DNA of 64,000 nt from Spirochaetia bacterium (GTDB lineage: Bacteria > Spirochaetota > Spirochaetia > CAKZLE01): NCBI GenBank assembly GCA_963677595.1, contig OY782041.1:2048001-2112000 (forward strand). The letters are read 5' to 3'. Shown one piece after another: positions 1 to 9,957 of this stretch. The notes under the pieces are model-generated. The model was not told the DNA's origin. It saw only the letters and a program-made list of their open reading frames with translations, and searched no databases. Both the position numbers and the translations under genes were made by a program. Numbering within the stretch: the first letter of the stretch is position 1; the number at the start of each line of letters is the position of its first letter.

Positions 1-443
1 GCCTCGTGCGACAGGGCGATCGCCAGTGCCAGGCGCATCCTGCTTCCCTTCGAGAAGGTCTTGATCCGCTTCCGCTCCGGGATCTCGAAATCTTTGAGGT
101 ATCTCAGGAACGCATCGCTGTCCCATCTCGGGTATGCTGCCCCGCAGATACGCCCGGTCTCCCGTGCCGTGAGGTTCTCATAGAGCACACTCTCCTCATG
201 GACGAACCCGATCCTTGCCTTGAGCTCCTTCTGGCTTCCGGAGAGTTCCTTCCCGAATATGGTGACCGAACCACTGTCTGTGGAGATCAGTCCCAGGATC
301 GCCTTGATCAGGGTGGTCTTTCCCGCACCGTTACGGCCAATGAGGCCGAGGACATACCCCTCCTCGACCGTCAGGGAGACATCCCTTAAGGCCTCTGTCT
401 GCCTGAACTGTTTGCTGACGTTCCGTAATACCAGGATACTCAT
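1..443 (-). CDS. ABC transporter ATP-binding protein, YtrB-like (runs off the window edge)
   Basis: Manual minus-strand translation from ATG at 443 gives MSILVLRNVSKQF...GRNGAGKTT (Walker A)...FSKGSRMRLALAIALSHE. The start overlaps the GntR stop (TGATG). Confidence 0.9.
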   Translation of the reverse strand, partial: MSILVLRNVSKQFRQTEALRDVSLTVEEGYVLGLIGRNGAGKTTLIKAILGLISTDSGSVTIFGKELSGSQKELKARIGFVHEESVLYENLTARETGRICGAAYPRWDSDAFLRYLKDFEIPERKRIKTFSKGSRMRLALAIALSHE

Positions 444-820
444 CACTCCTCCTCCCCGTACAGGATTTCGATCATGGCTGTGAGGTGTTCCTGCGGGATG
501 CCGTAGGTCTTGGCTGCAGAGACCGCCTCATCGAGCAGGTTCTCGACCGCGCGTACCTGCTTCTCCCGCAGGAACTCCGGGTTCTGCTCTGCCACATAGG
601 AGCCCTTCCCTGCGACTGAGTTGATGAGCCCTTCATGCTCTAGCTCGGCATACGCCCGCTTGGTCGTGATGACGCTGACCTGCAGCTCCCTTGCGAGGGT
701 GCGGATGGAAGGCAGCATCTCTCCCGGCGCAAGCGTCCTGTTCACGATGGCTGAACGGACCTGATCGGCGATCTGCTGGTAGATAGGGTCATCGGAAGCA
801 TTCGAAATGACTATATACAT
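443..820 (-). CDS. GntR-family (YtrA subfamily) transcriptional regulator
   Basis: PIYQQI...LPSIRTLARELQVSVITTKRAY HTH with a short C-terminus; lies upstream of an ABC ATPase. Start trimmed to ATG 820. Confidence 0.92.
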   Translation of the reverse strand: MYIVISNASDDPIYQQIADQVRSAIVNRTLAPGEMLPSIRTLARELQVSVITTKRAYAELEHEGLINSVAGKGSYVAEQNPEFLREKQVRAVENLLDEAVSAAKTYGIPQEHLTAMIEILYGEEE

Positions 821-831
821 AACAACCGTCC

Positions 832-874
832 TTACTGTATATAAACTATATATACAGTAATTACAGATTGTCAA
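832..874 (-). promoter_or_regulatory. YtrA-type operator palindrome overlapping a sigma70 promoter
   Basis: Perfect inverted repeat TTACTGTATATA-N5-TATATACAGTAA (832-860). Minus-strand TTGACA at 874-869 and TATAGT at 850-845. Confidence 0.8.
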
Positions 875-956
875 GGTGTGCTGCGTTAAAAAAGTTCTTC
901 ATGTTCACCATCGTATGATATACTGTGCAGAACATCATATTACAGGGAGTGTGTAT

Positions 957-1595
957 ATGTGGTTCGGGACAGCTGACAACCGGGCTGCTGCAGATATCGC
1001 CAATGCGGCGGTACGCAGCACCGATAACTTTCATTGGACGTTCATCGCCATCTTCGCCGCCGTAGTCTATATCTATGCAACGGAGCTCAAGAATGGTAAT
1101 TATAGGAGTATTGCAGCGGGACTTGCCCTCTATACGGTCCACTGGTTCTACGAAATCCTCAATGCTGTCATAGGCGGGGTATCGGGGTATGCCCTCTGGA
1201 CCGTCTCCCCGGAGAGTACCTCCTTCATCCTGCTGATCGGGGTGAGCTGGGAGCTTTCCATGATGTTCAGCATCGCGGGGATCGCCCTCTCGAAACTCCT
1301 CCCCGCGGACAAGGACATGAAGCTCCTTGGGATCAACAACCGGGTCCTCTTCGCGGTCGGGAATGCGGCCTTCTTCTCTATCTTCGAGATCTTCCTCGCA
1401 TCCACGCCGGCATTCATCTGGGTCTACCCCTGGTGGGGTGCGATCCCCGTCTTCATCACCACCTACATCCCGTTCTTCCTTGCATCCTTCCTCATCCATG
1501 ACGCCGCCCCAAGGACACAGAAGCGGTTCATTGGCGGGATGGCGATCCTGGATACAGTGCTGCTGGTCATCCTGATCCCTGCAGGGGTCATCTGA
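957..1595 (+). CDS. Hypothetical multi-pass membrane protein
   Basis: About 6 hydrophobic segments; GGGAG RBS before ATG 957; host-like codon usage. Confidence 0.75.
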   Translation: MWFGTADNRAAADIANAAVRSTDNFHWTFIAIFAAVVYIYATELKNGNYRSIAAGLALYTVHWFYEILNAVIGGVSGYALWTVSPESTSFILLIGVSWELSMMFSIAGIALSKLLPADKDMKLLGINNRVLFAVGNAAFFSIFEIFLASTPAFIWVYPWWGAIPVFITTYIPFFLASFLIHDAAPRTQKRFIGGMAILDTVLLVILIPAGVI

Positions 1596-1617
1596 AAGTT
1601 CTGGAAAGTTCTGAATA

Positions 1618-2634
1618 CTATTTCAGAGAGGATATTGATCCACGATCCTCGAACTGCTGACGTATCTTCAGTACGTGCGGTGAGCCGTCATCCTCTTCCT
1701 GGTTCATCTTGCTCAGCATGAGATCGACTGCGTATTTACCCATGAGCGACGTGTTGATCTTCATCGTAGAGATCTTCGGGGACTCCGGCTGGGAGTAGTC
1801 GATGGTATCTCCCGGTGAGAGCAGGGAGATATCCTCCGGGATACGAATACCCTTGGAGCTGATGATATGGTGGATCCGGGAGGCGAGGAAATCATCATGG
1901 ATGAAGAAGGCTGTCGGCCGGTCCCGGCTGATGAGCAGCCTGTCGAGTTCCGTTATGAGCGCTTCGGGCTGCTCCAGGGGTACCGTGATCCTCCACGCAT
2001 CAGGCAGGTCAAGGCCCTTGTCCAGCATGGAGGACCTGAAACCGTTATACCGGTCATTCATGACCACGGGCAATGACGGCCGTGGATAATCGAAATACGC
2101 GATCTTCGTATGACCCAACCTGTGCAGCACATCCACCGCCTCATAGGAGCCGCTGAAATCATCGACACAGACAGACCAGTAATCTCTCTGGTATTCTGAA
2201 TTGTTCACCACGACAAGCGGATATTTCTGTGCGGTCAGTTCCCGGAACAGGACATGGTCCCCATGATGGATGGAGAAGATCGCATCCGCCCCGGTCTTCT
2301 GGATGATCTCAAGGACCTCGGAGACCGGCTGTTCCGAGAGGATAGGGAGGATGAGGCTGGTGTAATCCAGGGCAGTCATCCTGGACTGGACACAGTCTAT
2401 GATATCTTTCAGGAAGTGCCAGACATAGCCCCAGGTATTACTGATGGGCAGCAGCATGATCGTGCTCTTGTGCGTCTTCGGGATCGTCTTCCGGTACTGG
2501 TACCCGATGTCATGGGCGATCGAGATGATCTTTGCCCGCATCTCCTCCGAGACCCTGCCTTTCCCTGAGAGTGCCAGGGAGACGGTAGCAGTCGTGACCT
2601 GTGCCTGTTCTGCGATATCTTTCAACGTTGCCAT
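1618..2634 (-). CDS. LacI-family transcriptional regulator
   Basis: N-terminal TLKDIAEQAQVTTATVSLALSG HTH followed by a periplasmic-binding-fold effector domain. Confidence 0.93.
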   Translation of the reverse strand: MATLKDIAEQAQVTTATVSLALSGKGRVSEEMRAKIISIAHDIGYQYRKTIPKTHKSTIMLLPISNTWGYVWHFLKDIIDCVQSRMTALDYTSLILPILSEQPVSEVLEIIQKTGADAIFSIHHGDHVLFRELTAQKYPLVVVNNSEYQRDYWSVCVDDFSGSYEAVDVLHRLGHTKIAYFDYPRPSLPVVMNDRYNGFRSSMLDKGLDLPDAWRITVPLEQPEALITELDRLLISRDRPTAFFIHDDFLASRIHHIISSKGIRIPEDISLLSPGDTIDYSQPESPKISTMKINTSLMGKYAVDLMLSKMNQEEDDGSPHVLKIRQQFEDRGSISSLK

Positions 2635-2769
2635 ACAGTAATACTATCATAGCTTATGTGTCTTGTATATAAAGAGGTTAAGTTTTTAATCATATAATCG
2701 AAATATACAGCTGCCTGCTGCAGGAATACCAATATTATCCAAGATATATAAGAATATTCAAAAAAAATC

Positions 2770-2810
2770 TTGACATATATGAAAAGGATGTTAATATATT
2801 AACCAGTTAA
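2770..2810 (+). promoter_or_regulatory. Promoter and candidate LacI operators for the sugar operon
   Basis: TTGACA 2770-2775; extended -10 TG-T-TAATAT 2789-2797; palindromes GTTAATATATTAAC (2790-2803) and TTAAC-CA-GTTAA (2799-2810). Confidence 0.65.
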
Positions 2811-2839
2811 GATTAAAAAATTAACCAAAGGCGTGATAG

Positions 2840-3163
2840 ATGAGACGATTTGGACAGGTGATCGGCCTGAATCCGGAATTCAGGGAGATGTATATACGGG
2901 AACATGCCGCCTGCTGGCCGGGGGTCCTGGCGAAGATCGGTGAGTGCGGTATCAGGAACTATTCGATCTTCATGAGGGGTGACCTGCTGTTTTCCTACTT
3001 TGAGTATCACGGGGATGATTTCGAGGCTGATATGAAGAAGATGGCAGCGGACCCTGAGACTCAGGACTGGTGGGCCCTGGTCGGGAAAGCCCAGGTGCCG
3101 GTGAAAGACCGTGCTGAAGGCGAGTGGTGGGTGACGATGGATGAAGTGTTCCACTGTGATTGA
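2840..3163 (+). CDS. rhaM: L-rhamnose mutarotase family protein
   Basis: YIREHAACWPGV...IRNYSIF...LFSYFEY...TQDWW...EVFH, typical of RhaM/YiiL. Confidence 0.85.
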   Translation: MRRFGQVIGLNPEFREMYIREHAACWPGVLAKIGECGIRNYSIFMRGDLLFSYFEYHGDDFEADMKKMAADPETQDWWALVGKAQVPVKDRAEGEWWVTMDEVFHCD

Positions 3164-3178
3164 GATTTGGAGAGGATT

Positions 3179-4432
3179 ATGACTTCACGAGAGAGAGTAT
3201 TGACTGCGATAGCGCATAAGGAACCTGATAGAGTGCCGGTGGACATGGGTGCTACCCCGAGTTCCGGGATCTCAGCACAGGCATATGCCCGCCTGCAGGG
3301 ATACCTGGGCTATGATGAACCGACGCAGATATATGATGTGGTCCAGCAGCTGGCACAGCCAAGCGACCGGATCATTGACCATTTCGGGATCGATGTGCTT
3401 GATATCGGGCGTATGTGGAATGCACAAGCCTCCGACTGGTATGATGTTGATATCGGGCAAGGATTGACAGGTCAGTACCCCGTCTGGTTCCATCCGGAAC
3501 GGGCTGTAGACGGCGCCTGGGAAGCAAAGGATGAAAGGGGCAGGGTTCTGGCTTATATGCCTGAGGGGGCAACCTTTTTTGACCAGGCCGTCTTCCCCTG
3601 GATTGACGGGTATCCGGAATCAAGAGCAGATATGGAGGAGTTGCTTGATGAGGCAATGAACGACGTGTTGTGGCAGCGCTATGCACACAGCCCTTGGGAT
3701 CATGCCTCAGAGGATGATTTCTGGCAGCAGCTCAGAAGCAGAACTCTCAAGCTCCGTGAGAGTACGGATAAAGCCCTGATGGTAGTCTGTGGATGCAATC
3801 TCTTCGAATGGGGTACCTTCCTCAGGAGGATGGATAACTTCCTGATGGACCTCTATGTGGAGCAGGAGAAGGCAGCCATGCTCATGGAAGCCCTGATGAC
3901 GAGGCATATGGCCACATTGGAGAAGGTCTGTGCCGCGGTAGGTGATGTGGTAGACATCCTGCGGTTCGGGGATGACCTCGGAATGGACTCGGGACCGTTC
4001 ATGGGACTTGATATCTATCGTGAACTGTTTCATGATCACCGGACGCGGCTGTGTGATTATGTGCACCGGAACAGCTCCATGCATACGTTCCTGCATTCCT
4101 GCGGTTCGATCGAGCAGTACCTGCCGTCACTGATCGAGTCTGGGATTGATATCATAAACCCTGTACAGACGAACTGCCGTGATATGGAGGCTGCCTCGCT
4201 CAAGGCTGCCTACGGCAAGGATATCGTGTTCTGGGGCGGGGGTGTGGACCCGAGGGAGATCCTCAACCGGGGAACACCGCAGCAGGTGAAGGATGACGTG
4301 AGGAGGAGACTGGAGGTATTCTCCCCGGGTGGCGGCTATGTGTTCAACACGATCCATAATATACTGCCTGACGTCCCGCCGGAGAACATAGAGGCGGTAT
4401 TCCAGGCCGTTGAAGAATTCTCAAACAAATAA
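3179..4432 (+). CDS. Uroporphyrinogen decarboxylase / MtaA-CmuA methyltransferase family protein
   Basis: MTSRERVLTAIAHKEPDRVPVD, FGDDLG, metal motif FLHSCG, FWGGGVD, GGYVFNTIHNILPDVPPEN. Confidence 0.85.
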   Translation: MTSRERVLTAIAHKEPDRVPVDMGATPSSGISAQAYARLQGYLGYDEPTQIYDVVQQLAQPSDRIIDHFGIDVLDIGRMWNAQASDWYDVDIGQGLTGQYPVWFHPERAVDGAWEAKDERGRVLAYMPEGATFFDQAVFPWIDGYPESRADMEELLDEAMNDVLWQRYAHSPWDHASEDDFWQQLRSRTLKLRESTDKALMVVCGCNLFEWGTFLRRMDNFLMDLYVEQEKAAMLMEALMTRHMATLEKVCAAVGDVVDILRFGDDLGMDSGPFMGLDIYRELFHDHRTRLCDYVHRNSSMHTFLHSCGSIEQYLPSLIESGIDIINPVQTNCRDMEAASLKAAYGKDIVFWGGGVDPREILNRGTPQQVKDDVRRRLEVFSPGGGYVFNTIHNILPDVPPENIEAVFQAVEEFSNK

Positions 4433-4448
4433 AGGGGGCTATTCAACC

Positions 4449-5432
4449 ATGAACAGCATACTGAAGAAATATATCAAACGGAGGGAGAGCGGCATCGCCA
4501 TCGCGGCGATCCTGATCTTCCTGCTCTTTTCGATCACGACCGACAGCTTCCTGACTGCCTACAACCTGTTCAACATCTCACGGACCCTGGCGTTCTATGT
4601 GTTCATCGCCCTGAGCCAGGCAGTCGTCCTGGTAGTAGGCGGCATGAACCTCTCGATCGGGGGGATCGGTGCGCTGGCGACGATCACTACCGGGTACCTC
4701 CTGCAGAACGCGGGACTCCCCGGGTGGCTGGGCGTGATCTGTGCCCTGGCTGTCGGGCTGCTGTGCGGGCTGGTCAACGGGATCCTCATCACGAAGGTGC
4801 CGCTGAACGCCTTCATCGTGACCCTCTCGACGTCCTTCATCTTCACCGGCCTGGTATACGGGATCTCGAAAGGGTTCTCTTACACCGAGATCCCGAAGAG
4901 TTTCAGCTATGTGGGGCGTCAGGCCTGGTTTGGGCTTCCCGTCATATTCTGGATGCTGCTCCTGGTGCTGGGGCTGGTCTTCTATCTCTACCAGTTCACG
5001 GTGACAGGACGCAGGATGCTGGCAACCGGCGGGAACAAGGAAGCGGCACAGCTGTCCGGGATCAACACTGACAGGATGATCCTCCTGTCGAATGTACTGT
5101 CAGGTCTCTTTGCGGCACTGACCGGTATCCTCTACGTCTCGCGTATGGGCTCGGCACAGCCGGCAACCGGGACGAACTGGATGATCATCTCATTCGCCGT
5201 CGCGATCATCGGGGGTACTTCCCTTGACGGCGGGGTCATCACAGCCGTGGGTCTGTTCTTCGGCGGTGTGATCATGGTCATGATCAAGAACGGGCTGATA
5301 TTGGTCGAGGCCAATGTCTATTTTGAACAGGCATTCCTTGGGTTGATCATATTGCTGGCAGTCTCCCTAGACAGGCTGCAGTACTTCTTCTCTCAGCTGA
5401 GAAAGAAGATGGTCAATGCAAAGAAGAGATAA
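4449..5432 (+). CDS. Sugar ABC transporter permease (RbsC family)
   Basis: Hydrophobic; GGNKEAAQLSGI and AIIGGTSLDGG motifs. Confidence 0.92.
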   Translation: MNSILKKYIKRRESGIAIAAILIFLLFSITTDSFLTAYNLFNISRTLAFYVFIALSQAVVLVVGGMNLSIGGIGALATITTGYLLQNAGLPGWLGVICALAVGLLCGLVNGILITKVPLNAFIVTLSTSFIFTGLVYGISKGFSYTEIPKSFSYVGRQAWFGLPVIFWMLLLVLGLVFYLYQFTVTGRRMLATGGNKEAAQLSGINTDRMILLSNVLSGLFAALTGILYVSRMGSAQPATGTNWMIISFAVAIIGGTSLDGGVITAVGLFFGGVIMVMIKNGLILVEANVYFEQAFLGLIILLAVSLDRLQYFFSQLRKKMVNAKKR

Positions 5433-5453
5433 AAAAGAATGGAGGAATCATTC

Positions 5454-6476
5454 ATGAGAAAGAAGGTTGTTTTAGCAATGTTGTGTCTGGCTGTGGTGTT
5501 CAGCCCCCTGTTCGCCGGCGGCGCACAGGAGAAGGAGACCGAGAAGGCGTATCGGATCGCATGGTATGCACCTGCAGTCCATCCCTATTTCGATGCCGTA
5601 CAGAAAGGTGTGAAAGCATTCGAGGCAGATACCGGTATCGCCGTCCACCAGCAGATCGGGCCTGACTGGATCCAGGATTCAGAGACCCAGAATGTGGAAG
5701 CCCTGGCTGCTAAGGGGTACGATGCGTTCACGATCTATCCGACCGACCCGACAGGAGCGAACAGCCTCTATGAGGAACTGACCGACAGGGGGAAGGTGAT
5801 CGTCAACTTCGGGACCAGCACGAGCCAGCCTACGACCGCATCGTTCGCGGTGGCGACAGACGTCAAGGTGGCAGCCATGGATGCGACTGAATTCCTGATC
5901 AAGAAGATGGGCGGCAAGGGAAAGATCCTGAACGTCCTCGAAGTCCTTACCGATGCGAATACCAAGCTGAGGAAGGAGGGAGTCGAGGAAGTCGCGGCCA
6001 AATACCCGGATGTTGAGATCGTCCAGGAAGTCGGCGATATCACCTCCATCGAGGAAGCGACTGAGAAGATCGAGAATGCACTTTCGGCGAACCAGGGGAA
6101 TATCGACGGTGTCATCTGCACCGGCTATACCACCACGGTAGCCGCTGCCCAGCTGCTGTCCGAGCTCAACGTCGACGGGGCAAAGAGGATCGCGTTCATC
6201 GGTATCGATGATGACCCGATCGTGCTTGATGCGATCAGGGCCGGGAGCATTGACGGCACCATCGCACAGAACCCCTACGGTCACGGGTATATTACCTGTA
6301 AGGTACTGACCTACCTGCTCGACGGGTATACCCCGAAAGCCGGTGTCTATTTCATCAACTCGGGGGTCGCGGTCGTGACTGCCGACAATGTGGACACCTA
6401 CAGCGAGGACCTCACTGCCGTGACGAAGAATATCATCGATTCCATGGAATCAGCATACCTGAACGCACCGAAATAG
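5454..6476 (+). CDS. Sugar ABC transporter substrate-binding protein
   Basis: Signal ...LFAGGAQE; RbsB-like fold (HPYF, GIDD, IAQNPYGHG). Confidence 0.9.
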   Translation: MRKKVVLAMLCLAVVFSPLFAGGAQEKETEKAYRIAWYAPAVHPYFDAVQKGVKAFEADTGIAVHQQIGPDWIQDSETQNVEALAAKGYDAFTIYPTDPTGANSLYEELTDRGKVIVNFGTSTSQPTTASFAVATDVKVAAMDATEFLIKKMGGKGKILNVLEVLTDANTKLRKEGVEEVAAKYPDVEIVQEVGDITSIEEATEKIENALSANQGNIDGVICTGYTTTVAAAQLLSELNVDGAKRIAFIGIDDDPIVLDAIRAGSIDGTIAQNPYGHGYITCKVLTYLLDGYTPKAGVYFINSGVAVVTADNVDTYSEDLTAVTKNIIDSMESAYLNAPK

Positions 6477-6496
6477 ATGTAACAATGTAAGGAATT

Positions 6497-6523
6497 GGCA
6501 TCAGCCGGATCCCGGCTGATGCC
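6497..6523 (+). terminator. 12-bp stem-loop after the binding-protein gene (mRNA stabiliser or attenuator)
   Basis: GGCATCAGCCGG-ATC-CCGGCTGATGCC, with no U-tract. Confidence 0.6.
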
Positions 6524-6545
6524 TGTCAATGGAGAACATGTAACC

Positions 6546-8057
6546 ATGCTTGAACTGCAGCATATCGGAAAATCATTTCCCGGAGTCAGGGCTCTGGATG
6601 ACATCAATCTCACATTCAGCCCCGGGGAGATCCATGCCCTGCTTGGGGAGAACGGAGCCGGGAAGAGCACCATGATCAAAGTGGTGAGCGGGATCTATCC
6701 TGTCTATGACGGCGAGTTCTTCGTGGACGGGCAGCGGATGACTCTCAGAAGTTACCAGGATGCCCTGGACCACGGGATCAGCGTGGTGAACCAGGAGATA
6801 CAGGTCATCCCGGAGAGTTCGGTGGCTGAGAACATCGTGATGGATAAGCTGCATCTGTTCCGGAAGGCCGGGAGGATCGAGTGGAAGCGGATCTATGAGT
6901 TCGCCTCGAAGTACCTGAAGATGGTAGACCTGCAGCTCGATCCCCGGACCCCGATCGGGCCGCTGAGCGCGGCACAGAAGCAGCTGGTCCAGATTGCCAA
7001 GGCGCTCTCCTGTGACTCGAAGATCCTCATCCTCGATGAACCGACCTCCTCGGTGACGAAGCATGAGGCGGCGAACCTGTTCTCCATCATGCGGAGGCTT
7101 AAGGAGAGGGGAGTGACCCTGATCTTCGTCTCCCATAAGCTTGAAGAGATCTTCGAGGTCTGTGACCGGGTCACGGTCATCCGGGACGGAAAGTGGGTTG
7201 GTACAGATCATGTAAGCAGCCTGGACCGTGAGAAGATCATCGAGATGATGATCGGCAGGAAGTGCAGCAATGAGTACCTCGGGAACCTCGACAGGAACGG
7301 GGAGGATATCGTCCTCGAGGCTGTGGGGATCACGAAGGAGTCTGAGATCGAGGATGCGTCCTTCCAGCTCAGGAGAGGAGAGATCCTGGGGTTCTACGGG
7401 CTTGTCGGTGCAGGCCGGACCGAGCTGGCAAAGATCCTTATCGGCAGCACGAAGGCGGACAGCGGGGTGCTCCGGGTCCACGGCCGGGAGGTCGAGATCA
7501 GGAGTGTCGCAGACGCTATCTATACCCATGGCATCGGGTATGTCTCGGAGAACAGGAAGGAGGAGGGGCTGATCCTCGATTTCGATGTCGAGCAGAACAT
7601 CGGGATCACGATCTGGTCCAGGATGCGGGCAAAGCTCTCCCGGAAGATAGATGACCGAGCCATCAGGGATGTTGAGCGGCGGCATATCGACAGGCTGAAG
7701 ATCAAGATAACGGGACTCGACCAGATGGTGAAGAACCTGAGCGGCGGGAACCAGCAGAAGGTGAGCATCGCGAAATGGCTGGCAGCGGACTGCGACATCC
7801 TCATCATCGATGAGCCGACCGTCGGTGTCGATGTCGGGGCGAAGGAGTATATCCACGAACTGATCTGGGACCTTGCGAAGGAGCAGCATACATCGATCAT
7901 CCTCATCAGCTCGGACCTCCCGGAGATGGTGAAGCTCGCAAGGAGGATCCTGGTCTTCAAGGAACACAGGATCGTCGCTGAACTCGATGATATCCATACC
8001 CGGGAGTCCCTCTGTGAGGATGAGATATCCCGGAGGATCGGGGCCTACCTGGTCTGA
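6546..8057 (+). CDS. Sugar ABC transporter ATP-binding protein (RbsA family, two ATPase domains)
   Basis: GENGAGKST, ILDEPT, LSGGNQQK, IDEPTVGVDVGAK. Confidence 0.95.
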   Translation: MLELQHIGKSFPGVRALDDINLTFSPGEIHALLGENGAGKSTMIKVVSGIYPVYDGEFFVDGQRMTLRSYQDALDHGISVVNQEIQVIPESSVAENIVMDKLHLFRKAGRIEWKRIYEFASKYLKMVDLQLDPRTPIGPLSAAQKQLVQIAKALSCDSKILILDEPTSSVTKHEAANLFSIMRRLKERGVTLIFVSHKLEEIFEVCDRVTVIRDGKWVGTDHVSSLDREKIIEMMIGRKCSNEYLGNLDRNGEDIVLEAVGITKESEIEDASFQLRRGEILGFYGLVGAGRTELAKILIGSTKADSGVLRVHGREVEIRSVADAIYTHGIGYVSENRKEEGLILDFDVEQNIGITIWSRMRAKLSRKIDDRAIRDVERRHIDRLKIKITGLDQMVKNLSGGNQQKVSIAKWLAADCDILIIDEPTVGVDVGAKEYIHELIWDLAKEQHTSIILISSDLPEMVKLARRILVFKEHRIVAELDDIHTRESLCEDEISRRIGAYLV

Positions 8058-8158
8058 GGCAGGTATCCCTGAGGCGTTTTTCCGTATCTGTGCTGAGATA
8101 TATGATGCAGGATTGTCGTGATCAATGCTATACTGCCAGTAAGGGAGTACAAAAAGTA

Positions 8159-8722
8159 ATGAAGACGATCCTCTGGTATACCTCATGGACAGGGCATACG
8201 GAGCTCTATGCAGACTGGCTGGGCAAGGAGATCAGGAAGGCCCCGGTACATGCGAACAATGTCGACCTGTCGACCCTCATGGTCCACGACCTGATCATTT
8301 ACGGAGGACCAGTCCACTCTGATAAGATCTCCGGGTTCGAGCGGATCAGGAAGGTCTTCCCCTACCTCGAGAAGCAGCGTCTCGTCGTCTTTGCCGTCGG
8401 GACCGTACCGGACAGCGAGGAGAACACCAGCCGCCTCAAGGCGAAGAACCTTGCCGGGCTCGACCAGGAGAGGATCGCTTTCTTCTACCTCAGGGGCGGG
8501 TTCGACCCGGAACGGCTCTCTGGTTTGCATAAGCTGTCCGTCAACTTCTTCAAGTTCCGCCTGCTCAGGAGAGATATCACCTCGCTCACGGAGGGGGAAC
8601 GGAGCCTGCTCGCTGCCTACAGCCAGGCTACCAACTACACCGACAAAGAGTACCTCAAGCCGATGCTGGAGCACATCAAAGGGCTCTATGCTGAACAGCG
8701 GGCGATCTCCCCGTTCCGGTAG
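8159..8722 (+). CDS. Flavodoxin-domain protein (HemG/Flavodoxin_5-like)
   Basis: YTSWTGHTELYADW, IIYGGPV, FAVG, FFYLRGG. Confidence 0.8.
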   Translation: MKTILWYTSWTGHTELYADWLGKEIRKAPVHANNVDLSTLMVHDLIIYGGPVHSDKISGFERIRKVFPYLEKQRLVVFAVGTVPDSEENTSRLKAKNLAGLDQERIAFFYLRGGFDPERLSGLHKLSVNFFKFRLLRRDITSLTEGERSLLAAYSQATNYTDKEYLKPMLEHIKGLYAEQRAISPFR

Positions 8723-8841
8723 GGGGAGGCAGGCGTGGCTGCCTGAAATAAATAGTTGCCAATAGCAACTTTTAAGCTTTACAAAATCTGTCAGAATTAT
8801 TATCTTATGCCACATATGTGAATAGAGGAGAAACAAAACAT

Positions 8842-9882
8842 ATGTGGAACGTACTGCAATGGATCAAACAGCATCTATCGATACTGCTGCCTATCGTCAT
8901 GGTCGCCGGGTTCCTGTTCGGGATCACGTTCGAGAGCATGGCGTGGGGGAAGCAGTTCATCCTACCCCTGACGATCTTCATGGTCCTGCCGATGATGATC
9001 ATGTTCCCGGTCAGGCAGCTGTTCACCAACGGCATCTCGATGAGACTGCTCCTGGTGAACCTGCTGGTCAACTTCGTCATCTTCCCGCTCTTCGTCTTCG
9101 GACTCGGGCGATTCTTCTTCGCTGACAACCCCGGCTTCATGCTCGGTATCTTCATGCTCGGGCTCATCCCGACGAGCGGCATGACGATCTCCTGGACCGG
9201 GTTCGCCAAGGGGAACATGAAGGCTGCCGTGAGCCTGACGGTGATCGGATTGCTGCTCGGGGCAGTCCTTGCACCGGTCTACCTCTCCCTCATGCTCGGG
9301 AAGTCCTCCTCGGTGCCCATGGGATCGATCTTCGTGCAGATCCTGCTCGTGGTCTTCCTGCCGATGGTCATCGGGAACCTGATCAGGATGCTCCTGGTGA
9401 AAACACAGGGGGAACAGCGGTTCAAGACCTACTGGAAGCAGAGGATACCGACGCTCTCGAGCCTCGGTGTCCTCCTGATCGTCTTCCTTGCCATCGCCCT
9501 CAAGGCGAAGACCCTCGTGAAGGATCCCTCGCAGGTCATCATCGCGCTCGTCCCCATCCTCATCTTCTATGCGGTCGCCTATGCGGTCAGTACCTTCACT
9601 GCCCGTATCGCCTTCAACAGGGTCGTCGACGGGGTCGACCAGGTCCATTTCCAGGGGACTTCCCTGGTATTCTCAACCGTGATGCGCAACCTGTCGATCG
9701 TGCTCGCTATCGCGGTGACCGCCTTCCCCGAGTACGGCGGGAGCGCTGCCCTCGTGCTTGCGCTTGCCTATGCCCTCCAGGTGCAGACCGCCTCGCTCTA
9801 TGTGCGGTACGCGGATAAATTGCTGCGCGCATCCGGCAGTAAGCGGGCAGCACGTGAGATTCGTGTCGGCGCTGCAGAGTAG
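8842..9882 (+). CDS. Acr3/bile acid:sodium symporter (BART) family membrane transporter
   Basis: About 10 TM segments; MVLPMM, LIPTSGMTISWTGFAKGN, MRNLSIVLAIA. Confidence 0.8.
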   Translation: MWNVLQWIKQHLSILLPIVMVAGFLFGITFESMAWGKQFILPLTIFMVLPMMIMFPVRQLFTNGISMRLLLVNLLVNFVIFPLFVFGLGRFFFADNPGFMLGIFMLGLIPTSGMTISWTGFAKGNMKAAVSLTVIGLLLGAVLAPVYLSLMLGKSSSVPMGSIFVQILLVVFLPMVIGNLIRMLLVKTQGEQRFKTYWKQRIPTLSSLGVLLIVFLAIALKAKTLVKDPSQVIIALVPILIFYAVAYAVSTFTARIAFNRVVDGVDQVHFQGTSLVFSTVMRNLSIVLAIAVTAFPEYGGSAALVLALAYALQVQTASLYVRYADKLLRASGSKRAAREIRVGAAE

Positions 9883-9957
9883 TTTCTTTTCGATGTAACA
9901 AGATCTTCATGGCCCCCGCCCCTCCTCAGTGGTATACTACCTGGGAGGAGGAGTGTG

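Noticed and set aside
1594-1614. Short duplication GAAAGTTCTG between convergent genes as an insertion scar
   Set aside because: Only two copies of about 10 bp and no mobile element nearby; too weak to interpret.
3179-4432. hemE (with the flavodoxins as hemG) as a heme pathway
   Set aside because: The protein has the HxCG metal motif of the MtaA-like branch, sits in a sugar operon, and no other hem genes are present.
6573-8186. Long antisense ORF (537 aa), and similar ones at 10582-11919, 22389-23438, 25265-26272 and 61134-62093
   Set aside because: These are shadow frames opposite well-supported genes, expected from high-GC codon bias; they carry no motifs.
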